Below are positions 9,950 to 18,654 of a stretch of 64,000 bases of DNA, one piece after another. Position 1 is the first letter of the stretch, and each line of letters opens with the position of its first letter. Below the pieces are notes generated by a model. It was not told the DNA's origin. It saw only the letters and a list, made by a program, of their open reading frames with translations, and did no database searches. The position numbers and the translations under genes were made by a program. Origin of the DNA: Bacillota bacterium (GTDB lineage Bacteria > Patescibacteriota > Minisyncoccia > Phycocordibacterales > Phycocordibacteraceae); NCBI GenBank assembly GCA_050260455.1, contig JBLNCF010000012.1, positions 58,236 through 122,235 of the forward strand. The letters run 5' to 3'.

Positions 9950-10651
9950 ATGAGGACCCACCGCGAACTTCACACCGCTCCGATTGCGGGCAAGCTGAAT
10001 TGGCTGCGTGCGGCGGTGCTGGGTGCAAACGATGGCATCGTCTCACTTGCTGCACTTGTAGTTGGAGTTGCCGGAGCATCCGTCCCGTCAGGAGTGATAT
10101 TTGTGACGGGTATCGCGGGGCTTCTGGCAGGTGCCTTTTCCATGGCGGTGGGTGAGTACGTATCGGTGAGTAGCCAACGCGATGCCGAACGAGCGCTGCT
10201 CGATAAGGAACGCTACGAGCTTGAGCACTATGCCGGACCCGAACTCGATGAACTCACCTCCCTCTACGAAAAGAAAGGACTTAATCCTGGCACGGCGCGT
10301 ACTGTGGCCGAAGAACTCACTGCCCATGATGTCTTTGCAGCGCACGCGGAAGCTGAGCTTGGTATTAACCCTAAAGAACTCACGAATCCGTGGCATGCTG
10401 CCGGCGCGTCAGCGGCTGCGTTTACGGTAGGTGCCCTTATTCCGCTCCTCGCAATACTCATTCCGCCCGCGCCGCTTCGCATACCGGTCACATTCGCCGC
10501 AGTGCTCGTAGCTCTTACAATTACTGGGGTAGTAAGCGCGCGTGCCACCGGGGTAAAAACCATACCCGCAACACTTCGGGTACTTATCGGTGGTATCCTT
10601 GCGATGGCCATCACCTTCCTGATTGGGCGGCTGTTTGAAGGAGCGGCATAA
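9950..10651 (+). CDS. VIT1/CCC1-family iron/manganese transporter
   Basis: LRAAVLGANDGIVS and GEYVSVSSQRD signatures; five TMs; stop 3 nt before the sigma factor gene. Confidence 0.8.
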   Translation: MRTHRELHTAPIAGKLNWLRAAVLGANDGIVSLAALVVGVAGASVPSGVIFVTGIAGLLAGAFSMAVGEYVSVSSQRDAERALLDKERYELEHYAGPELDELTSLYEKKGLNPGTARTVAEELTAHDVFAAHAEAELGINPKELTNPWHAAGASAAAFTVGALIPLLAILIPPAPLRIPVTFAAVLVALTITGVVSARATGVKTIPATLRVLIGGILAMAITFLIGRLFEGAA

Positions 10652-10653
10652 GC

Positions 10654-11217
10654 ATGGAAACAGACGAGTCGCTTGCTAGTCGGGTTCAGCAGGGAGACGA
10701 TCAGGCGCTCGGGGAACTCATAGAACGTTACGAAAAGAAACTATTACGGTACGGTTCTCGTTTCTTGGGGAGTCAGGGAGAAGATGCAGTTGTACAAGCG
10801 GTCCAGGACATTTTCATTCGGGTTTATCAGAACATTGCATCATTCGATACGCGTCAACGGTTTTCGCCCTGGATTTATCGGGTTGCACACAATACCTTTG
10901 TGAGCATTCTTCGCCAACGGACGCGTCAACCCGTGTACGGTATTGATTTCGATAGCTTCTTTCCGCATCCGGTACATGAAGATTCCGAGCGCCGAGAGAA
11001 AGAACATGCAGAAATCCGCGTAGTAGTAGAGGCGGCACTCTCCTCCTTGTCTGCCGCACATCGTGAAATTATCGTCCTATACTATTTTGAGGAACTCTCG
11101 TATCAGGAAATCGCCGATGTGCTCCGTATCCCGGTCAGCACGGTAGGGGTGCGGCTATCGCGCGCTCGTGAACGGCTGAAGCGAATCCTTCCCGAGAGTT
11201 CTGAACTGCCCCTATGA
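10654..11217 (+). CDS. ECF-type RNA polymerase sigma-70 factor
   Basis: Sigma region 2 (IFIRVYQNIASFD...FSPWIYRVAHN) and region 4 (YYFEELSYQEIADVLRIPVSTVGVRLSRARERL). Confidence 0.85.
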   Translation: METDESLASRVQQGDDQALGELIERYEKKLLRYGSRFLGSQGEDAVVQAVQDIFIRVYQNIASFDTRQRFSPWIYRVAHNTFVSILRQRTRQPVYGIDFDSFFPHPVHEDSERREKEHAEIRVVVEAALSSLSAAHREIIVLYYFEELSYQEIADVLRIPVSTVGVRLSRARERLKRILPESSELPL

Positions 11218-11927
11218 CGGACCACCCCAACAATTCGATACGAAGTACCGTACTTGAAAAGATACGGGAGGGGACGGTGCGTCGCCGACCGCGCGCGTAT
11301 TTTGTGGCGCGCATCGTAGCAACCGTGCTGGTAGCTATACTCCTCCTTGCCACGTCGGGGGTCGTCATTAGTTTCATTCTTTTCAGCTTGCATGAGAGCG
11401 GTGAACAGTTCTTGCTCGGGTTCGGTACCCGGGGAGTGCTCACATTCCTCACACTCTTTCCGTGGACCTGGGGAGTAGGTGCTGTGTTCCTCATCATCAT
11501 CCTCGATTGGCTCATACGTGGATTTCGGTTTGCGTATCGCATACCGCTCATGCCTATCTTCCTTGGCACTGTCGTGGCTAGCGTAATTCTCGGCATCGTA
11601 TTAAACCTCACACCGCTACACGCCACGCTTCTTCGGGAGGCGCATGAGCGTCAACTACCCGTTGTTGAAGATGTGTACGGCCATATATTTGATTCACACG
11701 AGCGGAAGGGAGTGTATCGCGGCTCCGTGATTTCTGTAGCGACAAGCACCTTCACACTTCAACACAATGATTGGGATCATGATCCCGATGACGGCATATT
11801 CACCATATTTGTGTCCCCGGAGAGCGGCATCCTGTTGCCACGTGTTGGAGACAAGGTGTTTGTTCTAGGAACGCTCGAAGAGGGGGTGATAGAAGCAAAG
11901 AACATCCAGATTTTCACATCTCGGTGA
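11214..11927 (+). CDS. putative membrane anti-sigma factor
   Basis: ATGA overlap with the sigma factor stop; cytoplasmic N-term, three TMs, extracytoplasmic C-term; call rests on position and topology only. Confidence 0.45.
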   Translation: MTDHPNNSIRSTVLEKIREGTVRRRPRAYFVARIVATVLVAILLLATSGVVISFILFSLHESGEQFLLGFGTRGVLTFLTLFPWTWGVGAVFLIIILDWLIRGFRFAYRIPLMPIFLGTVVASVILGIVLNLTPLHATLLREAHERQLPVVEDVYGHIFDSHERKGVYRGSVISVATSTFTLQHNDWDHDPDDGIFTIFVSPESGILLPRVGDKVFVLGTLEEGVIEAKNIQIFTSR

Positions 11928-11978
11928 GGATGTAATAAAGTCAGAAATCGTGCGTACTAAAGGGGTACCAGATACCCT

Positions 11979-12527
11979 ATGAAGAAATTCATCATCTCCG
12001 CTCTGTTTTTGCTTGGATTTGGATCGTATGCGATTTATAACCACACATCAGCCAAGCAGGCGAATGGCCTTGGTGTCGATGTAGCAACCACCACTTCGCT
12101 TGCTGTCGTGCCAACGGAAACCGACTCGACCTCTGCCGCTCCATCGAAACCCGTATCAAGCGCTCAACCACCAACGCGGCCGGTGACGAAGCCGTCAGCT
12201 CCGACTCCTGCACCTGTTCCAGAAACTCCGCGTCCTACGGGGAAGTATGTGGATGGCGTATATACGGGGAATGCGGCAGATGCGTATTACGGATATGTGC
12301 AAGTGCGCGCCACCATTTCGGGAGGTAAGTTGACGAATATTGCATTCCTGCAGTATCCAAATGACCGTCAGACTTCCGTCTATATTAGCCAGCAGGCTCT
12401 TCCGATGCTTCGTACCGAGGCGATAGAAGCTCAGAGCGCGAACGTCGATGGTGTCTCCGGTGCCTCGGATACCAGCCAAGCATTCGTCGAGTCACTCGGT
12501 TCTGCACTTGCTCAAGCCAAGGCATAG
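11979..12527 (+). CDS. secreted or anchored FMN-binding domain protein, likely ApbE substrate
   Basis: Signal/anchor MKKFIISALFLLGFGSYAIY; Pro/Thr linker; FMN_bind-like domain with flavinylation-type motif DGVSGASDTS. Confidence 0.7.
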   Translation: MKKFIISALFLLGFGSYAIYNHTSAKQANGLGVDVATTTSLAVVPTETDSTSAAPSKPVSSAQPPTRPVTKPSAPTPAPVPETPRPTGKYVDGVYTGNAADAYYGYVQVRATISGGKLTNIAFLQYPNDRQTSVYISQQALPMLRTEAIEAQSANVDGVSGASDTSQAFVESLGSALAQAKA

Positions 12528-12531
12528 CGGT

Positions 12532-13275
12532 ATGCGCGAAACACGCTCAATTATGGGCATGCCGGTGGTGCTTGAGATTGTAGGAGGAGCTCCTTCTTCG
12601 GAGTATGACGGAGTTTTCTCTTTCCTTCGAGAGGTGGATGAGCGCTTTAGTACCTATAAGGAGGGTAGTGAAGTGTCGCGGATCAATCGAGGAGAAATTG
12701 AACCGGATGCCTATAGCTCCGAACTTACAGAAATACTTGAACGGGCTGAAGAAACGAAACGCATAACAGGCGGATACTTTGATGTATATACACCTGATGG
12801 AACACTCGATCCTTCTGGACTGGTGAAAGGATGGGCAATCCAGCGTGCGGCCGAACTCCTACGCAGTCGTGGACTCGATCAATTCTATTTAGAGATTGCT
12901 GGAGATATCCAGACGAGCGGCATGAATCGCGATGGAAAAGAATGGAGTATTGGCATTCGTAATCCATTCGCATCCGAGGAGGTGGTGAAGGTGGTGTATC
13001 CGCATGGCAGGGGTGTCGCCACCTCGGGTACCTATGTACGAGGCGCACATATTTATGATCCGCATGCGGGCACGACCGCATCTGATGCGTTCGTGAGCCT
13101 CACCGTGATCGGTCCTAACGTATATGAGGCAGATAGGTTGGCGACGGCCGCATTTGCCATGGGTGAGCGGGGTATCGAATTCCTCGAGCGGTTCGGGGGA
13201 TGCGAAGCATACGCCATTACTCCCTCCGGCACCGCTGTTATGACGAGCGGATTTGAAGCATACACTTCTCTATGA
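12532..13275 (+). CDS. apbE: FAD:protein FMN transferase (ApbE family)
   Basis: Start MRETRSIMGMPV 4 nt after the previous stop (track ORF 12448 begins inside the upstream gene); ApbE-like GGYFDVYTPDG, WSIGIRNP, TSGTY. Confidence 0.8.
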   Translation: MRETRSIMGMPVVLEIVGGAPSSEYDGVFSFLREVDERFSTYKEGSEVSRINRGEIEPDAYSSELTEILERAEETKRITGGYFDVYTPDGTLDPSGLVKGWAIQRAAELLRSRGLDQFYLEIAGDIQTSGMNRDGKEWSIGIRNPFASEEVVKVVYPHGRGVATSGTYVRGAHIYDPHAGTTASDAFVSLTVIGPNVYEADRLATAAFAMGERGIEFLERFGGCEAYAITPSGTAVMTSGFEAYTSL

Positions 13276-14771
13276 TGCGCTTCATTGACTCGATCCTGAA
13301 CCGGATAACGATGTACCGGCTCGTGTTGTATGAACTGCTGATGCTTCTCGGTGTAGCTGTCCTGTTCGGTGCATTCCATTTCCTGCCGTACAGTCCGCTG
13401 TACATTGCGTATTCTGCGATTCTTATATTCGCAGTGACCTGGATCACCAATGAGATCTTCGCACTTGCATTCGATGCGCCTTCAAATCCAGAGTCCACCT
13501 ACATCACGGCGCTCATTCTCGCGCTCATCATCTCGCCGCCGCAAGCGTTCTGGGATCCGCACTATTTCATGCTTGCAGGCTGGGCTGCAGCACTTGCCGC
13601 TGCTTCCAAATATATTTTTGCGATACGTCACAAGCATCTCTTTAATCCAGCGGCGTTTGGTGTCGCCCTTCCGGCGCTTACGCTCGGCGTGGGTGCAAGT
13701 TGGTGGGTAGGTACGCTTTCTATGCTGCCGTTCGTAACTGTCGGGGGCTTCCTCGTCGCACGAAAGATACGGCGTCTTGACCTCGTACTTGCTTTCGGGG
13801 CATCGGTCGTGGTGACCATTCTGTTTTTGAGTGCGGGAGAAGGTTCTGGTGCACTGCATATTGTGAAGCAGGCGCTCCTGTATTCTCCGGCGGTGTTCTT
13901 GGGTACGGTCATGCTTACCGAACCACTCACTATGCCACCAGGGCGTTTTAACCGGGTGTGGTATGCGGTTCTGGTAGGATTCCTCTTTGCGCCTGAAGTG
14001 CACATTGGCACGTTCTATTTCACTCCCGAACTCGCATTGCTTGCAGGAAATATCGTTGCATACGTGATGAGTCCAAAAGGGAAGCATACCCTTACCCTCG
14101 TCGACCGCGTTCGCACTTCTTCGGGCACCTATGAGTTCGTATTTCAACCCGATGAGCATTTCGCATTCTCTGCGGGCCAGTATCTCGAGTGGACGCTCCC
14201 GCACCAACACGCGGATAGTCGTGGTATCCGTCGATACTTCACCATTGCCTCTGCTCCGTCTGACCCTTTTATACGGCTCGGCGTTAAATTCTATGATCCG
14301 ATGAGTACCTACAAAGGGCGATTACTCGCCATGAAGAAGGGTGACATTATCATTGCTTCGCAGGTGGCAGGAGATTTCGTTCTTCCATCCGATTCTGGTC
14401 GCAAGCTAGCGTTCATTGCGGGAGGTATTGGCATTACCCCTTTCCGTAGCATGCTGAACGAGTTGCGCGCCCGGGGTGAAAAGCGCGACATTGTTTTACT
14501 GTATTCCAATCGAAGTCGGCAGGAGACTCCGTATCTTGCCGACCTAGCGGAAGCCGAAAGCGAGCTTGGCATCCAGGTAGTTCCGGTATATACGGATACA
14601 GAAGGCCAACTTACGCCCGCACTCATTGCTCGCTATATACCTGATTACCAAGAACGCTTCTTCTATCTTTCTGGACCTCAAGGAATGGTGACCGGGTTCG
14701 ACCGGATGCTCCGTTCGATCGGTGTCTCCTGGCATCGCATCAAGAAGGACTACTTCCCTGGTTTTGCATAG
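13272..14771 (+). CDS. fusion oxidoreductase: RnfD/NqrB-like membrane domain plus FNR-type FAD/NAD(P)H-binding domain
   Basis: ATGA overlap with apbE; membrane half has HLFNPAAFG and MLTEPLT (compare RnfD NPFNPAM, ILTDPVT) but SPAV where RnfD has SGAT; C-half has RYFTIAS and GGIGITPF. Confidence 0.65.
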   Translation: MMRFIDSILNRITMYRLVLYELLMLLGVAVLFGAFHFLPYSPLYIAYSAILIFAVTWITNEIFALAFDAPSNPESTYITALILALIISPPQAFWDPHYFMLAGWAAALAAASKYIFAIRHKHLFNPAAFGVALPALTLGVGASWWVGTLSMLPFVTVGGFLVARKIRRLDLVLAFGASVVVTILFLSAGEGSGALHIVKQALLYSPAVFLGTVMLTEPLTMPPGRFNRVWYAVLVGFLFAPEVHIGTFYFTPELALLAGNIVAYVMSPKGKHTLTLVDRVRTSSGTYEFVFQPDEHFAFSAGQYLEWTLPHQHADSRGIRRYFTIASAPSDPFIRLGVKFYDPMSTYKGRLLAMKKGDIIIASQVAGDFVLPSDSGRKLAFIAGGIGITPFRSMLNELRARGEKRDIVLLYSNRSRQETPYLADLAEAESELGIQVVPVYTDTEGQLTPALIARYIPDYQERFFYLSGPQGMVTGFDRMLRSIGVSWHRIKKDYFPGFA

Positions 14772-14825
14772 TTGCGGCGTCAGCTGCCCATGCTTTAATG
14801 CGATCGGTAGCGAAAGGAGGCGACC

Positions 14826-15080
14826 ATGAATAGTACCTATTCCGGCGCCTCCCGGCGCTTTAGACAAGTCCGCGACGCTCAACGAGGGCCGCACCGAGGA
14901 GCTCTTTCGGCTCCCGATCGGCTTGAAGAAGAGTTCGCTGTCGGCGATGTGGTCGAAGTAAAGTTGACCAAACTTAAGACGAAAGTACGCGTAAAAACAG
15001 CGTGGAAAGATTATGAAGTTGAAGGGGTTACCGGATACTATTCGGCACGACAGCTTCGATTGATACAAAAAGCCCGCTAG
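14826..15080 (+). CDS. small hypothetical protein
   Basis: 84-aa ORF; hairpin plus U-tract terminator immediately downstream supports expression. Confidence 0.35.
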   Translation: MNSTYSGASRRFRQVRDAQRGPHRGALSAPDRLEEEFAVGDVVEVKLTKLKTKVRVKTAWKDYEVEGVTGYYSARQLRLIQKAR

Positions 15081-15082
15081 GA

Positions 15083-15110
15083 GAGCCTGCGACCCAGGCT
15101 CTTTTGCGTT
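15083..15110 (+). terminator. Rho-independent terminator
   Basis: GAGCCTG-cgacc-CAGGCTC followed by TTTTGCGTT. Confidence 0.6.
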
Positions 15111-15146
15111 CGGAGTCCGGCAAGTGTTTTATGGTACCCTCGATAT

Positions 15147-15668
15147 ATGGAAGACTCTCGCGGCTTTACGCTTATCGAACTACTCATTGTCATCGCCATC
15201 ATAGGAATCATTTCATCCGTAGTGGTGGCATCACTCGTCCTCACACGGCCCCGTGCACGTGACGCGGAACGGCTTTCAGATCTCCGTCAAATACGCATTG
15301 CACTTTCGTTGTACTACTCGACCTATAAGAAATTTCCGTACTGTCTGTCTGGGTGCACCGGAGCGCTCGACACTACTTCATATATGCCGAATGTACCCAA
15401 GGATCCGAAAACTGGCAGGGATTATAACTATGCCGCGTTAGCTCCTGGTTGTCTGACCTATCATCTCGGAGCACCGCTTGAAGATAAGAGTAACCGTGCT
15501 CTTCTCACTGATTCGGATGCGCCCTCTCAAGCACGCTGTTCTGATCAGAGCAGCTCTGATTTCTCTGGTACGTCCTACTACACTGGGGGTGTGTGCACGG
15601 GATCGACCGGGACTCCGCAGCCTACGACGGCAGGGAATGGTGAGAATTGCTATGATATCGTTCCCTAA
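15147..15668 (+). CDS. type IV pilin / pseudopilin (prepilin N-terminal cleavage/methylation domain)
   Basis: GFTLIELLIVIAIIGI class III signal at the N-terminus. Confidence 0.75.
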   Translation: MEDSRGFTLIELLIVIAIIGIISSVVVASLVLTRPRARDAERLSDLRQIRIALSLYYSTYKKFPYCLSGCTGALDTTSYMPNVPKDPKTGRDYNYAALAPGCLTYHLGAPLEDKSNRALLTDSDAPSQARCSDQSSSDFSGTSYYTGGVCTGSTGTPQPTTAGNGENCYDIVP

Positions 15669-15671
15669 TAT

Positions 15672-16061
15672 ATGACCCGCACCATCGCCATCATCCTGCT
15701 CGTTCTCGCGCTCATTGGCGCATTGATCTGGATATCAGAGCGCCAGGAATTCGGTAATGACGCGAAGGCCCCGTCGGTATCTCCTGGCTGCAGAGTGGGG
15801 GAGTGTCCGTTTGAAATCACCGAGGCGGATTCAGGTAAAACATTTACCTATACTGTCACGTCCCGCTTCACGCTCATTCTTGATGAAACGAAGCACCCGC
15901 AGCAGGAGCTTTCCTGTGTGCCTGCAGGTATCTTAGGAAGTATCTCGAACATTCCTGCGGTTTCGCCGCCCTCTTATGCGGCACGGTTTGAAGGAGTTGC
16001 TCCAGGTACCTGTACGTTTTCGGATCGGGATTTTACGGCCACCATTACCATCGTGCCGTAG
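15672..16061 (+). CDS. membrane-anchored hypothetical protein (possibly pilus-associated)
   Basis: N-terminal TM; starts 4 nt after the pilin gene. Confidence 0.4.
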   Translation: MTRTIAIILLVLALIGALIWISERQEFGNDAKAPSVSPGCRVGECPFEITEADSGKTFTYTVTSRFTLILDETKHPQQELSCVPAGILGSISNIPAVSPPSYAARFEGVAPGTCTFSDRDFTATITIVP

Positions 16062-16117
16062 ACGGTTCAGGGAAGCGTCAGATTGCCTAGGTGAGAATGC
16101 AGTGATAGAACCGATAT

Positions 16118-17587
16118 ATGGATTCGAAGAATAAATACCCGATTTTAGGCGGCATCTTGCTCGCCATGTTGCTTGCGGCCATGGATCAGACCATCGTTTC
16201 GACAGCAATGCCGCAGATCGTGCGGGAGCTTAACGGTCTTGAGCACCTCTCTTGGGTGTTCACGGCATACATGCTTGCAAGCACCCTCACCACCCCTATT
16301 TACGGCAAGCTCTCCGACATGTTCGGACGTCGTACGCTCTATATTGTCGCCATCGTCATTTTCCTTGGCGGTTCTATCCTTTCCGGTGCGGCGCACTCGA
16401 TGCTGCAGCTCATTCTCTTCCGCGGGTTGCAGGGTATTGGTGGCGGAGCCATCATGGTGACCTCTTTTGCGCTCATTGCGGATGTCTTTCCGCCTGCAGA
16501 ACGTGGCAAGTACCAAGGCATCATTGGTGCTGCCTTTGGTATCGCTTCCGTGGTGGGCCCGCTTCTTGGTGGATGGATTACCGATAATGTGTCGTGGCGT
16601 TGGGTCTTCTATGTGAATATTCCGCTCGCCATCCTCGCCATTGTCGTCTTGCTTGCCACTTTGCCACGCACCGAGCGTCATCATGACAACGCCAAGATCG
16701 ACTATCTCGGCGCATTCCTGCTCATGACGACGCTCATGCCGTTCCTGTTGGCAATGGTGTGGGGTGGAAGCACCTACGCCTGGGATTCGCGAGAGATACT
16801 CGCGCTCTTCGGTCTCTCGTTCATCTCACTCTTCTTCTTCGTGTGGCGTGAGGAAAGTATTCCGCAGCCCATTCTCTCGCTCCGGCTGTTCGGCACAAAA
16901 GCGTTCAGCCTGTCCGTCATCACTACCTTCCTTACGGCTGCGGGCATGTTCGGTGCGATTGTGTACATTCCGCTCTTTGCGCAGACGGTGCTCCATGCCT
17001 CTGCGACTGATGCAGGTCTTGCACTTACGCCCATGATGATTGGTATTGTGGTGGCCTCGACCACAAGCGGGCAGATTATTTCGCGAACAGGGAAATATCG
17101 GTCACTTCTCATTGGTGCACTCTTCGTAGCCACCGTTGCGATGTTCTTTTTTGCTACGGTCTCGACCGCGACGACATCGTGGGGACTTGCGGTGCGTATG
17201 GTGTTCCTTGGTCTTGGTCTTGGTCCTACCATGTCCGCCTTCACGCTCATTGTGCAGAGCGCCTTTGATGCAAAGCGCACGGGAGAAGTAACCGCCACCA
17301 TTCAAATGTTCCGTTCCATCGGTAGCACCATCGGCACTGCGGCCATGGGCGGCATCATGAACGCAGCGCTTGCCTCGGGTCTCGCTGCTGGCATGACCCA
17401 GCCGGAAGCGTTCACGCACGCTATGGATCGAGTCTTCTTCATTGGAAGCTTCTTCCTTCTCGCTGCGTTTCTTTTGGTCTTCTTTATCCCGCAGATACAA
17501 CTGCGTCGCTCGAACCGTCCGGTACTCGAAGAGATCGGTATCGAGATGGAAGAGGACTTCGCTTCGCCCGTCAGTCCACGGCAGTAG
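16118..17587 (+). CDS. MFS transporter, DHA2 (EmrB/QacA) drug:H+ antiporter family
   Basis: 14 predicted TMs; MFS motif [10 protein letters not shown]. Confidence 0.85.
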   Translation: MDSKNKYPILGGILLAMLLAAMDQTIVSTAMPQIVRELNGLEHLSWVFTAYMLASTLTTPIYGKLSDMFGRRTLYIVAIVIFLGGSILSGAAHSMLQLILFRGLQGIGGGAIMVTSFALIADVFPPAERGKYQGIIGAAFGIASVVGPLLGGWITDNVSWRWVFYVNIPLAILAIVVLLATLPRTERHHDNAKIDYLGAFLLMTTLMPFLLAMVWGGSTYAWDSREILALFGLSFISLFFFVWREESIPQPILSLRLFGTKAFSLSVITTFLTAAGMFGAIVYIPLFAQTVLHASATDAGLALTPMMIGIVVASTTSGQIISRTGKYRSLLIGALFVATVAMFFFATVSTATTSWGLAVRMVFLGLGLGPTMSAFTLIVQSAFDAKRTGEVTATIQMFRSIGSTIGTAAMGGIMNAALASGLAAGMTQPEAFTHAMDRVFFIGSFFLLAAFLLVFFIPQIQLRRSNRPVLEEIGIEMEEDFASPVSPRQ

Positions 17588-17623
17588 CTGCTCCTGCGGG
17601 CAGGTAGGGAGTACCATGCAGCT

Positions 17624-17881
17624 ATGAGCTACACGGTATATCTCCTTCAGTGCTCCGACGGTACTTTCTATACCGGCATCACGACGGACGTGGTACGTCG
17701 ACTCAAGGAACATAATGAGTCCTCCAAAGGAGCTGCATACACGAGAACACGTCGGCCGGTACTGCTCGTGTACGAAGAGCCGTGTTCTTCGCGTAGCGAT
17801 GCCTTGAAACGGGAATATGCCATCCGTACGTTACCTCGTGCACAGAAGGAGGAGCTCATGAACGCAACGGCTGGTCGGTAG
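17624..17881 (+). CDS. GIY-YIG nuclease family protein
   Basis: YTVYLLQCSDGTFYTGITTDVVRRLKEHN. Confidence 0.8.
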   Translation: MSYTVYLLQCSDGTFYTGITTDVVRRLKEHNESSKGAAYTRTRRPVLLVYEEPCSSRSDALKREYAIRTLPRAQKEELMNATAGR

Positions 17882-18614
17882 GGCACCAGTAGCTCCATCG
17901 CCCGCGCCGGCCAGTCTTCTCTTTGGTTAGTTTGCCACCACAGTAGGGGCACGTGCCGCGTCCATGAACCTTCAGGTTTTTCCGTAGCACAAACTTCCGG
18001 CGCCATGCGAGGAATTGCTTGGAGAACGCTCGTGTCGTATCCACCAATTCCTCTCGCTGTTTCTTTGTGAGCGCACCTATCTTGGTGCGTGGGTTCTGCC
18101 GGACGATGGAGAGCACTTCGTTTTTGATAATATTCCCGACACCGGCAAAAATGTCCTGATCAAGGAGCACGTCTGCTACTTCCTCGTCGCCTTGTTTCGC
18201 GAGGAGCGCGAGCACTTTCTGTCGATCCCATTTCCGTGAGAGAATATCGATACTGAAATCGTAATCTCCTTTAGCGTTCTTCGATTCGATCGGTTTCACC
18301 GAGCAGTTGAACATGAGCACTTCGCCGTTTTCGAATGAAAAGGAAAGTCGTGGCTCGCGCGCACGGCGATAATCGCCGGTCACGACCACGCCTTCAATCT
18401 CCGCTTCATACGTCCCGAAGAGCATGAAATGGATGCGCACGGCTTCATCGGGGAACTGGAATACCAAATGTTTGCCCCACGAGAATATGTCCGTTACTTC
18501 TTTGCCAACATATCGAGCAGCTCCCACTTTCGTATTGCCGCTCGCTTCACGTACTATCCTGCCGCGAAGCGGACGCATCTGCTCTTCCGCAAGCTTGAGC
18601 GAGGGACCTTCCAT
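17856..18614 (-). CDS. Fpg/Nei-family DNA glycosylase / AP lyase
   Basis: H2TH region and C-terminal zinc finger CPYCGGKL...WCPTDQ; N-terminus MEGP not canonical PELPEVE, so Nei-like rather than classic Fpg. Confidence 0.75.
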   Translation of the reverse strand: MEGPSLKLAEEQMRPLRGRIVREASGNTKVGAARYVGKEVTDIFSWGKHLVFQFPDEAVRIHFMLFGTYEAEIEGVVVTGDYRRAREPRLSFSFENGEVLMFNCSVKPIESKNAKGDYDFSIDILSRKWDRQKVLALLAKQGDEEVADVLLDQDIFAGVGNIIKNEVLSIVRQNPRTKIGALTKKQREELVDTTRAFSKQFLAWRRKFVLRKNLKVHGRGTCPYCGGKLTKEKTGRRGRWSYWCPTDQPLRS

Positions 18615-18654
18615 TAACGGGACGGTACGCTCATTGGCCTGAATCCGGAATGAA

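Noticed and set aside
12448-12531. Upstream extension of the apbE ORF overlapping the FMN-binding protein gene by 80 nt
   Set aside because: Start at 12532 (MRETR) gives a 4-nt intergenic gap typical of a coupled operon; the extension is not ApbE-like.
13482-14210. 242-aa minus-strand ORF inside the RnfD-like/FNR reductase gene
   Set aside because: Antisense; Arg/His-rich non-protein-like composition; the sense frame carries clear FNR motifs.
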